DNA of 20,035 bases from a virus (IMGVR_UViG_3300029258_001506:1-20035), one strand, 5' to 3'. Positions 8,473 through 15,780 are shown, numbered from the stretch's first letter. Notes: generated from the letters alone by a model not told the origin. Translations and numbers: made by a program.

Positions 8473-10902
8473 GTGGATAAAAGAGACTGGTATTATCGAC
8501 AGCTCGTGACCGAGAGCGACCTCGACGAGTCGTTCGATTGGGCCGAGACGGCTGACCGGGCCCAGAACGAGGACTTCGGGATCGTCGGCGCATTCTCCGG
8601 ACTCGGTGTCACGCCGAACGCACCGGCCGACCTCAACGTGCTGGTCGCCGCCGGCGTCGGCTGCGACAAGGACGGAAAGCGGCTGTACATCTCGAGCCAG
8701 CAGATCGTCGACTGCTCGGAGGACGTGTACGGTGCGTCGACCTCGGTGTCCGGAGGGAGCAACGAGAAGTTCATCTCGATCTTCCTCGGCTTCGATCAGG
8801 TTCTGTCGACGCCGGAGACCGACGGCAACGGGCTCTCCGTCTACACGGAGATCACCGAGTCGTTCGAGCTGTACGTGCTGCAGGGGACCGAGACCGCGAT
8901 CGGAGCGGCGACACCTCCCGCGCTGCAATCCGACGCGATCCTGCTCGCCGACGTCCGTCTCATCAACGCGCAGACGCAGATCGTCGCCGCCGACATCGAC
9001 GTAAACGAGGACGTGACGTTCACGTTCTCGATCCGTAGAGAGGACTGGTACCGCGACGACCTGACCAACCTCGGCGAGACCGGGTACGGCACGTCGCGCG
9101 ACGCCGTGGCCGCGCTGTTCACGCTGGTCGATGGGCTATCGTCTGGCGGAGGAGTCAGCTTCAGCGCATCTGGCAACTGGCATGATGCCAGCGGGTTGTC
9201 GTCGACAGACGTCGAGGCAGCCATCAATGAGATTGTCTCGGATCTGACAGCTGACGCTGGCTCGGATCGCGTTGGGTCGGCGGCAATCAGCGGGACGCCA
9301 GGTGGCTACGCTGACCAGGCTGCTGGTTCGGTGTTCGACCAGCTTGGCGGGATAGCCACGGACGTGGCAGGCCATATCAACGGCGGAGCGCCAGCGCATA
9401 CAGCGGCGGCGGTGACTTCTGCCAGTGTCGGCGGGGCGCCTGAATCACACACCGGGAGCAACGTCCAGACGGCGATCTCAGAGCTGTTCGGACACGTCAA
9501 CGCCCGCACTGAGCGATCGACCGACGAGACCATCGACGCGGCCTGGATCTTCGACAACGGGACCAGCGACCTCGAGGATGACCAGATCGACTTCAAGGAC
9601 TCGCCGCGGTTCCGGACGCTGATCGGTGGATCGGCGGCGCCGGCGACCAGCGACGCCGACCTGGCCGGGAAGAACGTCGTCACGACTACCGGCTGGGCCT
9701 GGCCGTTCAGCAACCAGAACGACGCGAACATGTCGTCGACGCTCGAGCTGGTCGACGTCTGCGTCGGGTTCGTCGACGGCGCTCGACGGATCCTGGCGCT
9801 GTCCGCGAGCAACAACCAGATCGCCGTGATCGACCCGACCGACATGCACGTCGACTCCACGTCTGGATCGAACCTGGCCTCCGGCCTCCCAGCTCCGCAG
9901 GTCAGTCAGTGGAATCCGACGGCGATGTGCTGCGATGGGACGTACGTCTACGTGATGTTCGAGGGCGACCACGCGACGCCGGGATCGCGGACGCACTACA
10001 TCCAGGCGTACGCGCTCACCGACTGGTCGGTGCGCAGCGGCTGGGCCGCGACGGGGACGGTGCTTCCGGGGGCCTCGCCGACGACCGGAGTGTACGGCGG
10101 CAGCGAGACGATGACCGACCGGTGCATCATGGTACCGGGGCAAGCGAAGGTCGCCACGCTGAACAGCTGGGTTCCGGTGGCGAACTCGAACTCGCCGGTC
10201 GTGAGCGTGATCGACGCGACCGACGGTTCGGTCGACGGGTACGGCGCCGGCGACGTGTCGAACACCGGCGCGTCCGTGTACGCCTCCGGCGGGCTCGCCA
10301 GCGACGGGACGAACATCTTCTTCTCGACCTACGACACGACCCCGGGTAACGGTGAGCTGGCGACTTGCACGGTAGCCAGTCCGTCGACGGGAAGCTCGAT
10401 CAACGACTTCCCGAAAGCGATCTCGTCGGACTACTGCCAGGAACTTATCTTCGATCACGACTGCTTGTGGGCGCTGATCTTCGGCACCTCGACGGCGCGC
10501 GGAGCGATCTGGTTCCACGATTGCGACAGCTCGAGCGGCGCCTGGCTCACATTCCAGGACAGCTCCGGCACCGACACCGCGGCGATCCGCTGGGGTGCGT
10601 TCGACGGGCTCAACATCTGGGTACTGATTCAGGACGAGACCTCCGGCGGCGGCGAGCACGTTGCGCTCGGCCGGTTTCCGGTCGGCCGTGTTCAGTACGA
10701 GAACAACACGAGCGACGGCCTGACGAAGCTGATCGACGGGCGGTTCAAGATCACCAGGAAGTCCGAGGTCAACGACGTGTCGGCTGAGAACTTCGGCCGG
10801 ATATGTTTCGACGGCGACGGGATCGTCGTGTGCTGCGATTCCCGAGGCAGTCAATCGCTGTCCGGGCAGGTCCGCAAGCTGCCTCGAGCTGGGATGCGAT
10901 AG
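8473..10902 (+). CDS. Tail fibre/baseplate-attached protein with C-terminal beta-propeller-like receptor-binding domain
   Basis: GTG start after GAGGAG. The N-terminus (DKRDWYYRQLVTESDLD...G.G.DKDGKRL...) is a baseplate-anchoring type. The middle has V..AI.E(I/L) coiled repeats. The C-terminus has repeated (C/F)DG..(I/V)(W/Y)V blade motifs. Confidence 0.8.
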   Translation: MDKRDWYYRQLVTESDLDESFDWAETADRAQNEDFGIVGAFSGLGVTPNAPADLNVLVAAGVGCDKDGKRLYISSQQIVDCSEDVYGASTSVSGGSNEKFISIFLGFDQVLSTPETDGNGLSVYTEITESFELYVLQGTETAIGAATPPALQSDAILLADVRLINAQTQIVAADIDVNEDVTFTFSIRREDWYRDDLTNLGETGYGTSRDAVAALFTLVDGLSSGGGVSFSASGNWHDASGLSSTDVEAAINEIVSDLTADAGSDRVGSAAISGTPGGYADQAAGSVFDQLGGIATDVAGHINGGAPAHTAAAVTSASVGGAPESHTGSNVQTAISELFGHVNARTERSTDETIDAAWIFDNGTSDLEDDQIDFKDSPRFRTLIGGSAAPATSDADLAGKNVVTTTGWAWPFSNQNDANMSSTLELVDVCVGFVDGARRILALSASNNQIAVIDPTDMHVDSTSGSNLASGLPAPQVSQWNPTAMCCDGTYVYVMFEGDHATPGSRTHYIQAYALTDWSVRSGWAATGTVLPGASPTTGVYGGSETMTDRCIMVPGQAKVATLNSWVPVANSNSPVVSVIDATDGSVDGYGAGDVSNTGASVYASGGLASDGTNIFFSTYDTTPGNGELATCTVASPSTGSSINDFPKAISSDYCQELIFDHDCLWALIFGTSTARGAIWFHDCDSSSGAWLTFQDSSGTDTAAIRWGAFDGLNIWVLIQDETSGGGEHVALGRFPVGRVQYENNTSDGLTKLIDGRFKITRKSEVNDVSAENFGRICFDGDGIVVCCDSRGSQSLSGQVRKLPRAGMR

Positions 10903-10935
10903 GGTTGTTTCTCCGGGGGGAGAACGGAGCTTGAG

Positions 10936-11433
10936 ATGGGAGACGGTGACGCGGCGGTGATTACGGCTGTAACGAACCTGGGTACGACTCTAGGTTCCGA
11001 GATACGCGAGTTGAGCAGTTCCGTCGGAGAGCTTCGCGTCGCCGTCAACGGAGCGCAGAAGGACGTCAAGAACCAGGGGCGTGAGATCGGAGAGTTAAAG
11101 CGCGAGCAGTCAGGGATGCGCGAGAAGGTCGAAGGCATTCCCACGGCGATCCTCTCGACGATCAGGGAGCACAAGGCCGACTGCGAGAAGGAGCGCGACA
11201 AGCTGGCTGACGCGACCGGAGCAGTCAACATGCCGACGGCAGCTGAGCGCGCGTCGATGGGGACCGGCAACGGCGATAGGGCGCTCGGGTCGCTGTTTCG
11301 GAAGCTGCTCCCGTACATCATAGCGATCATCGCTTCACTGGTCGCCGGAGGCGGAGCGGTGAAGATCGTGTTCGACGACGACGCGACGCCGGAGGTGCAG
11401 AAGCAGCACGTTCGCCAGATCGACAGGCCCTAA
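10936..11433 (+). CDS. Holin-like / membrane-anchored coiled-coil protein
   Basis: N-terminal coiled coil and one C-terminal hydrophobic helix (LLPYIIAIIASLVAGGGAV) preceded by RK. Sits directly after the fibre genes. Confidence 0.55.
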   Translation: MGDGDAAVITAVTNLGTTLGSEIRELSSSVGELRVAVNGAQKDVKNQGREIGELKREQSGMREKVEGIPTAILSTIREHKADCEKERDKLADATGAVNMPTAAERASMGTGNGDRALGSLFRKLLPYIIAIIASLVAGGGAVKIVFDDDATPEVQKQHVRQIDRP

Positions 11434-11435
11434 GA

Positions 11436-11465
11436 TTGTCGCAAAGGTGCAACCTTTATGATAGT
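11436..11465 (+). promoter_or_regulatory. Possible promoter with operator-like palindrome AAAGGT-GCA-ACCTTT
   Basis: AT-rich intergenic patch with TTGTCG ... TATGAT/GATAGT (spacing imperfect) flanking an inverted repeat at 11443-11457. Confidence 0.4.
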
Positions 11466-11533
11466 GTGAGCATCAACCGGGGAGTTGCCCCAATGAAGTA
11501 GCCGAGAGGCACGGATCGGAAGGAGAGAGACAG

Positions 11534-12160
11534 ATGACCATCACCAAGCGGACCGAGGAGCAGCTCGCCGGGACCGGGCTCAGCAGCCAGCACGGACAGG
11601 GGACCGGCGGCAACCGCGGGTACATCGAGGAGATCGTCGATCTCGTCAACACCAACGAGGCCGCGATCGCGGCGAATCTGGTGTTGATCGAGGCGATGGA
11701 CACTCCGTCGGAGTTCCCGTACACGCCGGACGACGCGACCGACTGGCCGGGCACGGCGCCCGACAACATGCAGGACGCGCTCGACGGCTTGGCCGCGAAC
11801 CAGCCGACGATCATCGGCTCGGCCTCGGTGGACATGGCGGCCACCGGGAACAACGCGGTCGCGCTGCCTGGCGCGGCGACCAAGGCGTTCGTCCCGCGCG
11901 AGGCGATCTTCCTCGTCGCGGCAGACGACACGCTCTCCGGTGACGTCGCGGTGTCGATCGGCACCTCGGCGGGTGGGGCGGAGATCATGGCGCAGGCGAC
12001 GCTCACCGGGCTCGACGGCTCCGGGAAGTCGTTCCGCGTCGACCTGACCGGGCTGCTCCCGTCGATCGCCGGGAACGCCAGCCTGGACGTTACCGTCGAG
12101 TCGGCGGACAGCGGGACGTCGGGCACGATGACCGCGTACATCATCGGCGACCAGTTCTAG
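11534..12160 (+). CDS. Virion structural protein (head fibre/decoration-like), paralog of the next gene
   Basis: AGGAG RBS. YTPDDATDWPGTAPDNMQDALDGLA fibre-collar-like motif, followed by a small beta-sandwich-type domain (FVP..AIFLV...VSIGTS..GAEIM..ATLTGLD...IAGNA.L.V.V..AD). Confidence 0.65.
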   Translation: MTITKRTEEQLAGTGLSSQHGQGTGGNRGYIEEIVDLVNTNEAAIAANLVLIEAMDTPSEFPYTPDDATDWPGTAPDNMQDALDGLAANQPTIIGSASVDMAATGNNAVALPGAATKAFVPREAIFLVAADDTLSGDVAVSIGTSAGGAEIMAQATLTGLDGSGKSFRVDLTGLLPSIAGNASLDVTVESADSGTSGTMTAYIIGDQF

Positions 12161-12187
12161 GCTCGGCCGAGGTGAAAGGAGACTGAC

Positions 12188-12664
12188 ATGATCAGACTGA
12201 GCGCAAGCAAGAACCTGGACGCCACCGAGGCGGCAGCTCTTACCACACACCGCACCAGCGACGGGGACGACCACTCGAGGGTCGAGCATCTGGTGCAGGC
12301 GTTCTGCACCGGGCTGGCGATCGAGACCGACGAGAACGAGGTGTCGGACGCGCTCGACGGGGACTCCGCGGAGTCCTTCGTCGCAACCGACGTGATCCTC
12401 GTCGTGACCGAAGTCGACGGAAGCGTCGCGGCAGACGGCACCGTCAACATCGGCACGTCGTCCGACGGCTCGGAGCTGCTCTCGGCGCAGGCGCTGACGG
12501 GGCTCGACACCGTGGGCGACGCGCGCTGGATCCCGCTCTCCGAGGCGACCTTCGTCATCGCCGGCGACGCGACGATCTACGCCAACGTCGAGGCGGCGGA
12601 CTCCACCGCGACGAGCCTCACGCTGGACGTGTACCTGATCGGTCGCACGGTGCCGTCGAGCTAG
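12188..12664 (+). CDS. Virion structural protein (decoration/cement-like), paralog of the previous gene
   Basis: AAGGAG RBS. The C-terminal domain aligns by eye with that of 11534-12160 (FVA..VILVV...VNIGTS..GSELL..QALTGLD...IAGDA.I...V..AD). Confidence 0.65.
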   Translation: MIRLSASKNLDATEAAALTTHRTSDGDDHSRVEHLVQAFCTGLAIETDENEVSDALDGDSAESFVATDVILVVTEVDGSVAADGTVNIGTSSDGSELLSAQALTGLDTVGDARWIPLSEATFVIAGDATIYANVEAADSTATSLTLDVYLIGRTVPSS

Positions 12665-12729
12665 TAGCTCGCGCCAAAACACCAGCCAGCCTGCAACCGC
12701 TGCGAAGTGAAAACGAGTAGCGGCACACC

Positions 12730-12788
12730 AAAAAAATATTGCGGTTTCAAAAAAAGAAGTTGACAGCCGCAAAAAATTAGTTTAGACC
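12730..12788 (+). promoter_or_regulatory. Sigma70-like promoter with upstream A-tracts and overlapping inverted repeat
   Basis: TTGACA (12760-65), 17 nt spacer, TAGACC (12783-88). A-runs at 12730-36, 12749-55 and 12771-76. Imperfect inverted repeat TTGCGGTT.TCAA / TTGA.C.AGCCGCAA spans the -35. Confidence 0.75.
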
Positions 12789-12823
12789 TGGGTCAGATGA
12801 GAGCCGCAGGAACGGAGGCACAG

Positions 12824-13012
12824 ATGACGCAGGCAGAAATCAACAACATCGAGGCAAGTCGAGTGGCGGACGCGCCGACCTGGACGTACGACACGGCGGA
12901 GATCGGGCTGGTGAGATGCCCGGTTTGCTTCACCGTAGTTTACGACGACGACGCGCACCGGATCTGCCCGGCCTGTTGCTGCGATGTGGACGAGGCCGGA
13001 GGATGGCAGTAG
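12824..13012 (+). CDS. Small zinc-ribbon protein
   Basis: GGAGG RBS before ATG 12824; CPVC...CPACCC motifs. Confidence 0.7.
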   Translation: MTQAEINNIEASRVADAPTWTYDTAEIGLVRCPVCFTVVYDDDAHRICPACCCDVDEAGGWQ

Positions 13013-13554
13013 CAAGAACAATGGTGATCGTACTCCTGCTCGGCGGCTGTTCGGCTGCCGGTCAGGACTGGATCGTGTACGATGACGCCGGCGTCGACGA
13101 CACCGACGCGGACGCCGACACGGATGTCGACACGGACGCCGACACGGACACCGACACGGACGCCGACACGGACACCGACGACGAGTGCGCTGGTGTCGTG
13201 TGCGACGATCCTCCCGACGACGAGTGCGCCGACGAGAACGTGCTAATCGACTACCAGTCGGAGGGAGAGTGCGTCGACGGCGAGTGCGTGTACAGCTACA
13301 CCGACTGGCCGCCGTGCGAGCACGGCTGCGTCGAACTGGACGGCGACGACGAGTGCATCGATCCCGGCGAGTGTTACGACCAGCTGTGCACCACGCCTCC
13401 CGACGACGAGTGCGCCGACGAGAACACGCTGCTCGAGTACGAGAGCGACGGGCACTGCGTCGACGGCGAGTGCGTGTACAGCTACACCGACTGGCCGCCG
13501 TGCGAGCACGGCTGCGTCGAACTGGACGGCGACGACGAGTGCGCGGAGAGTTAG
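13003..13554 (+). CDS. Lipoprotein with (DT/DA)n acidic linker and tandem Cys-rich repeats
   Basis: MAVARTMVIVLLLGG-C is a signal peptide II with lipobox, followed by a DTDADADTD tract and two 62-aa Cys/Asp-rich repeats. Confidence 0.85.
   Translation: MAVARTMVIVLLLGGCSAAGQDWIVYDDAGVDDTDADADTDVDTDADTDTDTDADTDTDDECAGVVCDDPPDDECADENVLIDYQSEGECVDGECVYSYTDWPPCEHGCVELDGDDECIDPGECYDQLCTTPPDDECADENTLLEYESDGHCVDGECVYSYTDWPPCEHGCVELDGDDECAES
13099..13182 (+). repeat. Degenerate hexamer tandem repeat GAC(A/G)C(C/G) encoding DT/DA dipeptides
   Basis: gacaccgacgcggacgccgacacgg... seen directly. Confidence 0.9.
13210..13542 (+). repeat. Tandem duplication with 186 bp period; 87 bp identical (13270-13356 = 13456-13542)
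   Basis: Direct comparison of the two copies. Confidence 0.95.
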
Positions 13555-13563
13555 GAGCACGCG

Positions 13564-13932
13564 ATGAAGATCCTGATCGTCGACGATAACGAACGCATAT
13601 TGACCTCACTGGCGAGCTGGTTCGAGAACGCGGAGTTCGAGGTGATCACCGTGACCAGTGTCGGCGAGGCGGCGGTAGCGCTGGGACAGCAGTTCGAGAA
13701 GTACGACGTCGTGCTTAGCGACTTCGAACTCGGAGACGGTGACGGCTCGCAGGTACTGGCCGAGGCGAGACAGCAGCATCCGGAGGCGCTGCGGATCCTG
13801 ATGTCCGGCCGGAGCAAACGCGACACGATGATCAGGACGACCGTCGCGGTACTTGCTGACGGGGGGTTCTTCGAGAAGGGGCGGTCTCCGGTGTCACTGC
13901 TCGAGCGGATCCTCCCGCTGCTGGGCGGTTGA
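13564..13932 (+). CDS. Stand-alone response regulator receiver (CheY-like) protein
   Basis: MKILIVDD acidic pocket, DVVLSD phospho-acceptor, GDG loop, ILMSG Ser and FFEK Lys are all present. No output domain. AGGAG RBS. Confidence 0.93.
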   Translation: MKILIVDDNERILTSLASWFENAEFEVITVTSVGEAAVALGQQFEKYDVVLSDFELGDGDGSQVLAEARQQHPEALRILMSGRSKRDTMIRTTVAVLADGGFFEKGRSPVSLLERILPLLGG

Positions 13933-13938
13933 TTCGCG

Positions 13939-13961
13939 GCGGGCGAGCTCGCCCGTTTGTT
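13939..13961 (+). terminator. Probable intrinsic terminator
   Basis: GCGGGCG-AGCT-CGCCCGT hairpin followed by TTGTT just after the receiver gene stop. Confidence 0.6.
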
Positions 13962-14027
13962 GATCCCAACGGTGCGACGCGGAATAATAACCAGCTAGAA
14001 TCGTTGGCGGAATGCAGAAGCGTCCGA

Positions 14028-14055
14028 TTGACAGCAAATAGTCCTGCGTTACAAT
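14028..14055 (+). promoter_or_regulatory. Sigma70-like promoter
   Basis: TTGACA, 16 nt spacer, TACAAT. The leader has two small hairpins (GGTCCG..CGGACC, CCGGC..GCCGG) before a GGGGAG RBS. Confidence 0.7.
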
Positions 14056-14122
14056 GTAACCAGGTCCGGAACGATCGGACCGGACAGAAGATACCCGGCG
14101 AGATGCCGGAAGGGGAGTCAAA

Positions 14123-14367
14123 ATGCCTGGCAAAGTCATCCGTGTAGACCTTGGTGCGCGCCTCCGCTGGGAGGTCGAGGTCCACGAGGACTACCTCCTC
14201 GGGACCTGCGACGTGCTTGGGCTGACCGCCATGGGGGACTCGCACCGGGACCTGTTCGAGAACATCGTCGAGATCCTCGACGACCTGTTCCACGACCTGA
14301 TCACCACCGGAGAGCTGGCGCAGTTCCTCAACGACCGCGGGTGGGCGCGCCAGAAGGGAGATCATGA
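14123..14367 (+). CDS. HicB-like (antitoxin N-terminal fold) protein; no in-frame stop here, frame stays open to 15007
   Basis: WEVEVHEDYLLGTCDVLGLTAMGDSHRDLFENIVEILD matches the HicB pattern (C..L...T.G.T..E...N..E). The TGA at 14365 lies in the -1 frame. Confidence 0.6.
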
Positions 14368-14693
14368 TGTCAAGAAAGCTCCCGCCGCTCGGGTCAGGCC
14401 CGGAGGGGCTGCTCGAGATCAACGGCGAGTTCGTGCCGGCCGGTTGGATGTTTCACGACGAGATCCGCGGCCTACAAGTGTGCGGCGGCGGGAAGTGCTT
14501 CGCGTTCTCGAATGTCGTGTCGAGTGGAGATGTGAAAGGCGGGTGCATGGTCGACCCGCGCAACAAGCCGAACTGTGTGGCGTACGTGGTCGTCGGAGAG
14601 AGTCTGTGTCCGCTGGCGGCTCAGCGCAATTACGAGACGCTCAGCCAGGCGCTCGAATGGATCGAACACGTTCAGGACAGGGGGAGACCGTGA
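14364..14693 (+). CDS. Hypothetical protein (109 aa)
   Basis: AAGGGAG RBS, natural amino-acid composition, GTGA overlap with the next gene. Confidence 0.65.
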   Translation: MMSRKLPPLGSGPEGLLEINGEFVPAGWMFHDEIRGLQVCGGGKCFAFSNVVSSGDVKGGCMVDPRNKPNCVAYVVVGESLCPLAAQRNYETLSQALEWIEHVQDRGRP

Positions 14694-15007
14694 AGCTCAA
14701 CGCGACGCACGCGAAGAAGTTGCAGCAGTACGTCGACCGCATGTGGGGCGAGAACCTGTGCGATCGGTGCAAGGGGAAGCAGTGGAGTTTGACGGGGCCG
14801 TACAAGCTGGTGATCCAGGAAAAGATCATGACCACCAAGACGGCGGTTGGCGGCCCGGGGATCGCGCTTGGCGCGCTGACGTGCGCGCGCTGCGGATATA
14901 CGATGCTGCTCGACCTGGGTTTGACTGGTATACTGCCTGACCTCAAGGACAAGGAGAGCAAGCCGGCGCCGGTCGTGCCGGCGCCGAACGGGAAACCGTA
15001 CAACTAG
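14690..15007 (+). CDS. Zinc-ribbon hypothetical protein
   Basis: GGGGAG RBS and GTG start overlapping the upstream TGA; CDRC...CARCGY motifs. Confidence 0.75.
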   Translation: MKLNATHAKKLQQYVDRMWGENLCDRCKGKQWSLTGPYKLVIQEKIMTTKTAVGGPGIALGALTCARCGYTMLLDLGLTGILPDLKDKESKPAPVVPAPNGKPYN

Positions 15008-15109
15008 TTCGCGGCTCGTCCAGGCCGGTCGAGGGCGCTGCGTGTCTCTCATCAATTCACGTCGGGCTCTTGCCTCTCCGTGCTCGACTGGCCTGTACGG
15101 TACGCGAAC
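15007..15109 (+). ncRNA. Putative structured RNA (long stem capped by a multi-branch loop)
   Basis: GTTCGCG/CGCGAAC and CAGGCCGGTCGAG/CTCGACTGGCCTG arms with a G-U pair; two inner hairpins at 15040-15062 and 15064-15075. Confidence 0.6.
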
Positions 15110-15130
15110 AACAACGAAAGGAGTCGAGGG

Positions 15131-15553
15131 GTGGACAAGGACAACGAGAAGAAGAAGCGCGAGCGCAGGATGCCGAAGCTGGTGCTCGAGAAGTTCACCA
15201 AGGAGACGACCGACGAGAGCGGCGAGAAGTATCCGATCCGTCTGATCCGCGCGACGTTCGGCGACAGGACGGCGGAGTTCCGCAAGCGGGTCGACGCTGA
15301 GAAGTGGGGCAAGGAGAAGCGCTCCGAGTGGAAGAAGCGCGACCTGCTCGACAAGCAGCGGGGAGCGGCGCGCAAGGTCGTCGAGCGCTGCGCGGCGAAC
15401 CTCGTGCTGATCCGGGAGGACGCCAGCTCGGCGGCCGGGCTGTTCACGCCGGCGATGTTCGGGCACCTCGACCAGGCGATCCAGCAGCTCGAGCAGTACA
15501 TCGAGGCGGCCGAAGTCGCGGTCGAACTGGTCGCCGAGGAAGGTGAGAAATGA
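15131..15553 (+). CDS. Hypothetical charged helical protein
   Basis: AAGGAG RBS before GTG 15131; strong GC3 codon bias; ATGA overlap with the next gene. Confidence 0.7.
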   Translation: MDKDNEKKKRERRMPKLVLEKFTKETTDESGEKYPIRLIRATFGDRTAEFRKRVDAEKWGKEKRSEWKKRDLLDKQRGAARKVVERCAANLVLIREDASSAAGLFTPAMFGHLDQAIQQLEQYIEAAEVAVELVAEEGEK

Positions 15554-15780
15554 CCAAGGCCAAGGCGAAGAAGAAGCAGGACAGCCGGCTCAGCCGACAC
15601 GTCAGGTCGATCATGGTCAAGAAGGGACTCACGCTCGACGAGGTCGCCGCGGCGATGGGGGTCTCGGCGGCCTCGGTGTCGACGACGCTCCGGCGCGGTC
15701 GGCCGACGACGACGAGCCTCAAGAAGATCGCCGAGGCGATCGACGAGCCGGCGGAGTCGCTGCTCGAGTACTGCGGGTAA
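15550..15780 (+). CDS. Cro/XRE-family helix-turn-helix regulator
   Basis: KKGLTLDEVAAAMGVSAASVSTTLRRGRPTTTSLKKIAEAID is a canonical HTH_XRE pattern. Confidence 0.9.
   Translation: MTKAKAKKKQDSRLSRHVRSIMVKKGLTLDEVAAAMGVSAASVSTTLRRGRPTTTSLKKIAEAIDEPAESLLEYCG

Noticed and set aside
10909-10924. Hairpin TTCTCC-GGGG-GGAGAA as a holin dual-start control element
   Set aside because: Only 6 bp, it does not cover the GGAG nearest the ATG, and there is no dual-start motif.
13099-13542. CRISPR array or DGR
   Set aside because: Repeats are in-frame coding repeats without unique spacers, and mismatches are not A-specific.
13965-14010. Possible att/recombinase arm site or hairpin (CCAACG...CGTTGG)
   Set aside because: Short, single copy, and no recombinase or tRNA fragment in the window to support it.
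15007-15109. tRNA gene
   Set aside because: No T-loop GTTCRA in the proper position, no D-arm or anticodon geometry, and the closing stem is far too long.
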